DNA from: a virus
Lineage: Duplodnaviria; Caudoviricetes
DNA: 64,000 bases
Virus record (IMG/VR): IMGVR_UViG_3300033069_001940
Span: 32,001-96,000 of that record
Direction: 5' to 3' (one strand)
Below the pieces are notes generated by a model. It was not told the DNA's origin. It was given only the letters and a program-made list of their open reading frames with translations, and did no database searches. Both the position numbers and the translations under genes were made by a program. The number at the start of each line of letters is the position of its first letter. Positions within the stretch are counted from its first letter, which is position 1. This document shows, one piece after another, positions 58,408 through 64,000 of the stretch.

Positions 58408-58968
58408 TGGATAGATATTTAAAGGTTGGAGATTATTTTAAATCCAAAAAAATTGGAGAAAAAGCAGTAGGACAAGCCATTTCAAAAAGCGAATATAAAT
58501 TTGATGAAATTCCAAATGAACCATTTGTTTCATTTAGCGTATTATCTTTATCAGATTATCCTTTTAAAACTTTAATTCATTATAAAATTGTAAAGGACGG
58601 ATGGTATAAAAAATCTAATATAGAATTAAATACCACAGCTTCGCATTTAGAGCTTGAAGATCAAATTTTTTTTAGTAAAAAAAGTATCTTTTTGCGGTGG
58701 AAGTAATTCCACACATGACCCTTGGCCTGATGGACATTATGTCGAAGCGGAGTCTTTTCCTATTAATAAATACAATTTATCCTTTTACCAGTCAGGCTGT
58801 TTTAATGGACTTCTTTTTCCAAAAGATATTGTTTTAGTTAAAGGCGCTTCTAATTTAATAGAAGCAAAAATTCAAATTCCGGATGATGATAATCTTTTCT
58901 TGGATAAATTAAAAGACTTTTTAAGGACGCAAAAAGCAGAAATTAAGGATTTAAAAGTAGGTGAATAA
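58407..58968 (+). pseudogene. Single gene split by a frameshift in a T8 tract (58666-58673)
   Basis: Removing one T fuses ORFs 58407..58706 and 58654..58968: LEDQIFLVKKVSFCGGSNSTHDPWPDGH. Confidence 0.6.
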
Positions 58969-59205
58969 ATGAATAATGAAAAGGCTATTGATGTAATTGT
59001 TGCGTTGTTTATCGTTGGAGTCGTGGTATTTAGTTTAGATACTTGTTTTCCTAGCAGCCCTGTTCCTAAATTGGAAGTAGATGATGGGACTACTTCTAGT
59101 CAAATGACCGGCGCTGGAGGATTCGCTGGTAATTTTGAAGGTTTGGGTGGAGAAGATGCCGGAAATGAAACGCAAACAGAATTAAATAACTCTTGTGGAA
59201 TGTAA
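58969..59205 (+). CDS. Small exported/lipoprotein-like protein with Gly-rich linker
   Basis: Hydrophobic N-terminus, LDTC, TSSQMTGAGGFAG...GGEDAG. Confidence 0.55.
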   Translation: MNNEKAIDVIVALFIVGVVVFSLDTCFPSSPVPKLEVDDGTTSSQMTGAGGFAGNFEGLGGEDAGNETQTELNNSCGM

Positions 59206-59206
59206 T

Positions 59207-59761
59207 ATGGAAAAAGTAGTTTATGCCATTAAGTGTATTAAGGATGGGTCTTGGTTTTCTGAGGATGGCGATTGGCTTTATAATAAAAAATATAGAGTAG
59301 AGTTTGCTACAAAATCAGAAGCTATTGGGCGCATTGAAAAGAATGGTTACGATCTTGATCTTTGTGAAATTTCAATTGTAAAAATTACAAAGAAAAAATT
59401 TAATCAAAGAATCGATGAATTATCTGAGAAATTAAATTTAGTTTCCAACAAGATTGCTGATATCGAAAATGATTTATCTAAAATAAAAGAACTGAAAAAA
59501 CCAGAACCAAGTCAAAGTTTGACTTCTAGAAAAGTTATTACTCAATCTTTTCAAGAAGGGGATGTTTGGCAATGGACATCTGAACGTGAAGCAAAAGAAT
59601 ATGGTGCAAAAGTTGGAACCTATGTTTTCGTTGGTAATCAAGATAGTTTATATCATAAGAGATTTTTAGTTCGTTATGGCACAAAAGAAGATTCTTGGCT
59701 AGAAGACCTTACGGATGGGCTTAAATTAGTTGAGCGTAATGGAGAGCTTGTAAATGAGTAA
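59207..59761 (+). CDS. Modular family member (N-domain + coiled coil + GDVW C-domain)
   Basis: C-terminal domain paralogous to 59754..60254. Confidence 0.65.
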   Translation: MEKVVYAIKCIKDGSWFSEDGDWLYNKKYRVEFATKSEAIGRIEKNGYDLDLCEISIVKITKKKFNQRIDELSEKLNLVSNKIADIENDLSKIKELKKPEPSQSLTSRKVITQSFQEGDVWQWTSEREAKEYGAKVGTYVFVGNQDSLYHKRFLVRYGTKEDSWLEDLTDGLKLVERNGELVNE

Positions 59762-60254
59762 ATATTATTACGTATTAAAAAACCAAAATTGGTATTGGTC
59801 TTCCAACGGACAATGGGATAATAAAGTTAACAGAAAACATTTCCTCTCAGAGGCAGCGGCTAGAGAGGAAGGATTAAAAGCGCTAATATTATTTAATAAT
59901 ATTCCTACTGGTACAAAAATTGTGCGCGTTAACGTGAAAACAAAATCGCAAATTGTAGAAGATCGTCTTGGAAAAGAAATCGCTAATCTTAAAAAACAAT
60001 TAGAAGAATTAAAATCCGCAAATAAAAAAACAAATCTTAAATTTGAAGCAGGAGATGTTTGGCGATGGGTCGATGAAAAGGAAGCAAATGATCACGAAGC
60101 AGAAGTCGGAACATATGTTTTTATTTCTCATCCATGCACTTATTCTGAATCTAATAATGTTTTTGTTCGATATTCTTCTCGTGAAGATTATTGGCTTGAG
60201 GATGCAATCGAAGGATTAGAATTAGTTGAACGTAGTGGAAAATTGGTTAAATAA
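59754..60254 (+). CDS. Modular family member (paralog of the previous gene)
   Basis: FEAGDVWRW...VGTYVF...VRY...EDYWLED..EGLELVERSGKLV. Confidence 0.65.
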   Translation: MSKYYYVLKNQNWYWSSNGQWDNKVNRKHFLSEAAAREEGLKALILFNNIPTGTKIVRVNVKTKSQIVEDRLGKEIANLKKQLEELKSANKKTNLKFEAGDVWRWVDEKEANDHEAEVGTYVFISHPCTYSESNNVFVRYSSREDYWLEDAIEGLELVERSGKLVK

Positions 60255-60256
60255 TT

Positions 60257-60457
60257 ATGTATATAGTAAAATGGATAAATCTTTATTTAAAATTATCCAA
60301 ATTAAAATTTATCAAATATGAATTTGCTTCTCATCAAAAAGGCTGTATCAAATTTAAATCAAAATCCGAAGCGCAAAATGTTATTAACTCTTTAACATCA
60401 GAAATAAAATATTTATTTCGTATAGTAAAATTAAAATCAAAATCTAGCAAGGTTTAA
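60257..60457 (+). CDS. Modular family member (N-domain only)
   Basis: MYIVK...Q..C.KFKSKSEA...FRIVKLK. Confidence 0.6.
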   Translation: MYIVKWINLYLKLSKLKFIKYEFASHQKGCIKFKSKSEAQNVINSLTSEIKYLFRIVKLKSKSSKV

Positions 60458-60458
60458 A

Positions 60459-60854
60459 ATGTATATTGTAAAATATGAAAATTTGTATCTAAGATGCGCG
60501 GACGAAGCCAATGATTGTAAATTAGTTTCTAGGCAAAAGTATTGCACAAAATTCTCATCGAAATCTGAAGCAAAAGATGCCATCATTTTTTATGATGAAG
60601 AGGAAATGCAAAAGAAATTTAGAATAGTAAAATTAAAAAATAAATCAAAACTGCCAAAATTAGTTAAACCTGGAACCGTTTGGAGATTTGCTAACGCTAT
60701 GGATAAAAATAAAGTTTTTATTTGCACAGGCTATTCTAATTTTATAGAATATGTATCATCAACTGAGCCACATATAATAAAAATTTATGGAGGTTTAATT
60801 GATTTTCAAACAGATGTAGAAAATAAATATATAGAAATTATTTATGAGCCATAA
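60459..60854 (+). CDS. Modular family member (N-domain + VKPG C-domain)
   Basis: MYIVK...KFSSKSEA...FRIVKLK...VKPGTVWRF...IEIIYEP. Confidence 0.6.
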   Translation: MYIVKYENLYLRCADEANDCKLVSRQKYCTKFSSKSEAKDAIIFYDEEEMQKKFRIVKLKNKSKLPKLVKPGTVWRFANAMDKNKVFICTGYSNFIEYVSSTEPHIIKIYGGLIDFQTDVENKYIEIIYEP

Positions 60855-60896
60855 AATAGTTAATTAAAATTTTGGTAATATTAAAGAATTTAAATT

Positions 60897-61313
60897 ATGA
60901 ATTTGTTTAAATTTTCTAATTTTTTTTTCAATTCTTCAATTGAAGATTATTATATGCAAGAAGCTTGTGCTTATTTTGCAATTGCTTTAGCGAGAAAATT
61001 TGGATATAATTTATGTATCCTTATAGATGATAATTCTTATTACGATGAAGATGAACAATATCCAGCTATTGCGCATGTATTTGCTAAATCAAAAAATAAT
61101 AAATGCGTTGATATAAAAGGCGTCAGATCAATATCTGAAATCAAAAATGATTTTTGGGATCTTGATTCGCCCCATGTTATTGATGTAACAGAAGAAGAAT
61201 TAAAAAAATATATGGGAGAAGATGATAGTAAACCATTGTATCCATATAATGATAATGAGATTAATGATGCGCTTGTTATTATAAATGATAATGAAAACTT
61301 ATATAAATCATAA
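60897..61313 (+). CDS. Hypothetical protein with a possible Cys-His-Asp triad
   Basis: ACAYFAIAL...AHVF...VDIKG. Confidence 0.5.
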   Translation: MNLFKFSNFFFNSSIEDYYMQEACAYFAIALARKFGYNLCILIDDNSYYDEDEQYPAIAHVFAKSKNNKCVDIKGVRSISEIKNDFWDLDSPHVIDVTEEELKKYMGEDDSKPLYPYNDNEINDALVIINDNENLYKS

Positions 61314-61343
61314 ATTAATATCTAATAAATATAGAGATTATTT

Positions 61344-61610
61344 ATGAGCCAAATTGAGATTAATATGGAAAATTCAAAAGATAAAGTTGTTAAAGGATGC
61401 ATTAGAATTATTGATGTTTTATTGGCTTCTGGCAGTGACGAAGACGCGCATTTGTGGGGTCTTAATCCAGAAGTTTCCGGAAAAGAAATTTTAAATTATA
61501 TTGAAAATATAGAGAATGTGGACCGATTAATGAGTGATTTGCGACCTGTTATTTTTAAATGGTTAAAAATAACGGCCGAAGATTATATTGATTGTGCAAA
61601 AAAGTCTTGA
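61344..61610 (+). CDS. Hypothetical protein
   Basis: Intact ORF. Confidence 0.5.
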   Translation: MSQIEINMENSKDKVVKGCIRIIDVLLASGSDEDAHLWGLNPEVSGKEILNYIENIENVDRLMSDLRPVIFKWLKITAEDYIDCAKKS

Positions 61611-61671
61611 CTTATCAATAACTTGTTTTAATATATGCATGCAGCCTTGGCTGTTAAATTAAGGAGGAAAT

Positions 61672-62079
61672 ATGACTAATTTAGTTAAGAAAGATCCATT
61701 TGATATTTTTTCTAGATTTTTCACAGTTGATAACTTTTTTTCTAGGCCAACATTTGCTTCTTGGCCAGATTCAGATTGGGTATTAGATGGAGACAAATAT
61801 CTTTTGAGACTGGAAGTTCCAGGATTTTCTCAATCAGATTTAAAGGTTAACGTTTATCAAGAAAATAAAGTTAGAGTAGTCGGCTCAGTATCTATTGATA
61901 ATAAATTTAGACATTCTAGTTCTAGTATAGATTATAGTTATTCGTTACCAGATAACTCTGACCCAGAAACATTAGAAGCCAGCTATCAATCTGGCGTTCT
62001 ATTAATTTCTGTGACTCGAAAAACGTCGAGCGCGCGAGAGTTAACTATTAAATGTTCAGAGGAAAAAGAGAGTAAGTAG
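61672..62079 (+). CDS. Small heat-shock protein (Hsp20/alpha-crystallin)
   Basis: LEVPGFSQSDLKV, YSLPD..D...LEASYQSGVLLISV; AAGGAGG RBS. Confidence 0.88.
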   Translation: MTNLVKKDPFDIFSRFFTVDNFFSRPTFASWPDSDWVLDGDKYLLRLEVPGFSQSDLKVNVYQENKVRVVGSVSIDNKFRHSSSSIDYSYSLPDNSDPETLEASYQSGVLLISVTRKTSSARELTIKCSEEKESK

Positions 62080-62101
62080 ATTTAAAATCTATTAAATAAT
62101 A

Positions 62102-62130
62102 GAAAAGGGCTGTCAACGACAGCCCTTTTC
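62102..62130 (+). terminator. Intrinsic terminator after the Hsp20 gene
   Basis: GAAAAGGGCTGTC-AAC-GACAGCCCTTTTC. Confidence 0.8.
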
Positions 62131-62144
62131 CTTGAAAGGACATA

Positions 62145-63263
62145 ATGAATATTAGAGAAGCTCTTTGTGCAGACGATGTGTTGTTAGTTCCTAAATATAG
62201 TGAAATTATATCTAGATCTCAAGTTGATCTTTCAGTAGATTTAGGTAAAGGTATTAAATTAAAATGCCCAATTGTCTCTGCGAATATGAGTAATATTTCT
62301 GGGCCCCAAATGGCAAAAGCTATCTCTGATTTAGGCGGATTAGCTTTACTTCATCGTTTTATGGAATATGAAGAAATAATGAAAACTTTTGTTTCATTAG
62401 TTGAAAACGAGCCTTGGAGGAAAGATTTTATTGGTTGTTCTATTGGGGTTCAAGAAAAAGATAAAGAATTAGCCAAGAATTTGGTTTCAGCCGGATGTAA
62501 AATTATTTGTATTGATATTGCTCATGCCCATTCTAAAATGGGATTAGAGATGACAAAATATATTCATGAAACATATCCAGATGTTTTATTAATTGTAGGT
62601 AATGTTGCTACTTATTCAGGATATAAGGTGTTGTCGGATAACGGGGCAGATGTAGTTAAATGTGGCATTGGCTCGGGATCGATCTGCTCGACTAGGATTG
62701 AAACTGGTAACGGGGTTCCGCAATTAACCGCTTTAAGTGATATTTATGAACAAGCTATTCATAAAGAAAATATTATTAATGATTTGCACATATTAAACTG
62801 TTATGAATCGGGTGGACCAAGTTATTTATTGATAAAAGATAGAATAACAAGACTCCAAAATGAAGCTGAAAATAGAGCTAAAATTATTGCAGACGGAGGA
62901 ATTAGGCGCGCGGGCGACGCTTGCAAATATCTTTGTTTCTCAGATGCCGTAATGCTTGGTAATGTTCTTGCCGGAACCGATGAGGCGCCTGGAGATACTT
63001 TTGTCATTGATGGGGTGACGCATAAAACCTACGCAGGAAGCTCCACGCATAAGTCTAATCATATTGAGGGGGTGGTGGGCCTAGTTCCATCCAAAGGCCC
63101 TGTTAAAAAGGTTGTGGAGTCCTTCTTAGAGGGGATTCGTTCAGGTTGTTCGTACCAAGGAGTCTCCAATCTTGAAGATTTAAAAAAGAATCCAGAATTT
63201 GTTAGAATTTCGTCCGCAGGATTAATTGAATCTCATCCTCATTCAGTAAAGATTGTCAAATGA
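62145..63263 (+). CDS. IMP dehydrogenase/GMP reductase family enzyme (no CBS domain; probably GMP reductase-like)
   Basis: [69 protein letters not shown]. Confidence 0.9.
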   Translation: MNIREALCADDVLLVPKYSEIISRSQVDLSVDLGKGIKLKCPIVSANMSNISGPQMAKAISDLGGLALLHRFMEYEEIMKTFVSLVENEPWRKDFIGCSIGVQEKDKELAKNLVSAGCKIICIDIAHAHSKMGLEMTKYIHETYPDVLLIVGNVATYSGYKVLSDNGADVVKCGIGSGSICSTRIETGNGVPQLTALSDIYEQAIHKENIINDLHILNCYESGGPSYLLIKDRITRLQNEAENRAKIIADGGIRRAGDACKYLCFSDAVMLGNVLAGTDEAPGDTFVIDGVTHKTYAGSSTHKSNHIEGVVGLVPSKGPVKKVVESFLEGIRSGCSYQGVSNLEDLKKNPEFVRISSAGLIESHPHSVKIVK

Positions 63264-63466
63264 TTAAAAAAATAGTAATTCAAATGTTTTCGGAAGATAA
63301 TGGTATTGAAAATAAAGAAGAAATAATTTTAGATAATGTCTGTAGAGGAACCATTAACGAGACGACTAATTTTTCTGAAATTAGGGCGGTAGATGGTAAT
63401 TTAGTTGGATTCCAAAGCAATTATTATAATTTTAATTTATCGGTGGAATATAAAAAGAATAAATAA
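63260..63466 (+). CDS. Hypothetical protein
   Basis: ATGA-coupled ORF. Confidence 0.5.
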   Translation: MIKKIVIQMFSEDNGIENKEEIILDNVCRGTINETTNFSEIRAVDGNLVGFQSNYYNFNLSVEYKKNK

Positions 63467-63496
63467 GAGAGGCGACGAATATTTTGATATATATTT

Positions 63497-63778
63497 ATGC
63501 TATCAGAATATGACGCTATTAAGACAGTTTTTGGTATTTTTAGAGCCGTAGACTACAAGCCAGAGAAAAGCGTAGTTTTAGCAAAAAGTTTATCTGGACA
63601 AACTATTGCGTCTTGGTTAGTTTGTCCAAGTGACGTTTTAGCAGGTAAGCAATATTGGAATTTTGATTACATGCCTTCAGGGGCTAGTCTTATTCTCTTA
63701 TCCCCTGAAGGTAAAAAATCAACAGTTAAAAACTTTGTTATCTCGTGGGGTAAGTTTGTATTAAATGGGACCATATAG
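63497..63778 (+). CDS. Hypothetical protein
   Basis: Intact ORF. Confidence 0.5.
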   Translation: MLSEYDAIKTVFGIFRAVDYKPEKSVVLAKSLSGQTIASWLVCPSDVLAGKQYWNFDYMPSGASLILLSPEGKKSTVKNFVISWGKFVLNGTI

Positions 63779-64000
63779 AAATAATCCAAAACAAATTTCA
63801 GCACCGAAAAAATCTAGTTTTTATCATAAATTAAAAACATACTTATTTAGCTCAACTTTCGATCTCTTGGAATTAAAGAGACAAGGTTATTGTCGAGTCT
63901 GTAGAAATATGTTGATTTCTTGTTCAGACGGATTAGAACGTGCTGAGTATCAGGTCCATTTGCGTTTATCTGGTAGATTACGAGGTTGTACATGTAAAAT

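Noticed and set aside
59540-60254. Paralogous 3' segments of two adjacent genes as a possible DGR template/variable repeat pair
   Set aside because: Differences are not adenine-specific (many synonymous C/T changes), both copies are coding, and no reverse transcriptase is present.
61606-61640. Sigma70/sigma32-like promoter (CTTGAC...) upstream of the Hsp20 gene
   Set aside because: No convincing -10 element at canonical spacing; too weak in AT-rich DNA.
2494-63007. Short antisense or nested ORFs in the track (e.g. 2494-2808, 5624-5824, 13329-13565, 31716-31982, 38800-39078, 53681-53992, 62822-63007)
   Set aside because: They lie wholly within longer motif-bearing genes and are shadow frames with no recognisable motifs.
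1-64000. CRISPR array, tRNA or rRNA genes
   Set aside because: No regularly spaced repeats or cloverleaf-like sequences were seen, and intergenic gaps are short. This was by eye only; tRNAscan and CRISPR finders were not run.
1-64000. Stop-codon reassignment as in some jumbo phages
   Set aside because: Conserved genes are full length in the standard code, and TAA, TAG and TGA all end genes at expected positions.

Overview
Very AT-rich, gene-dense, almost entirely + strand DNA in the standard genetic code. It reads as part of a jumbo bacteriophage genome: there are no ribosomal or core cellular genes, many ATGA/TAATG-coupled ORFs, and phage-type DnaB/DnaC, sigma factor and class II RNR. Layout: (1) 1-7.6 kb, two very large putative virion proteins (LamG-like domains, a DGY repeat, a dockerin-like Ca-binding pair). 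(2) 7.6-25.1 kb, an 18-gene soluble glycan-synthesis cluster coupled to them, including a GT2-GT6 fusion directly followed by a GT11 fucosyltransferase (an ABO/H blood-group-like enzyme pair), Gmd, epimerases and three methyltransferases, with no flippase or polymerase. (3) A tubulin/FtsZ-family gene, three tandem T7-Gp0.7-like kinases and a kinase-like mini-ORF. The kinases and two or three unrelated proteins share an N-terminal ...KLA leader, a candidate capsid-targeting or cleavage signal. (4) 30.6-41.7 kb, replication and nucleotide genes (SF2 helicase, Hfq/Sm-like protein, DnaC, DnaB, MazG, HD, sigma, NrdJ, Map). (5) 42-64 kb, accessory genes: papain-like protease, serpin, 2H phosphoesterase, DEDDh exonuclease, collagen-LamG protein, a shuffled small-domain family, Hsp20, a GMP reductase-like enzyme and two IS200/IS605 right-end remnants. 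All family calls come from motif recognition by eye; no database search was run.
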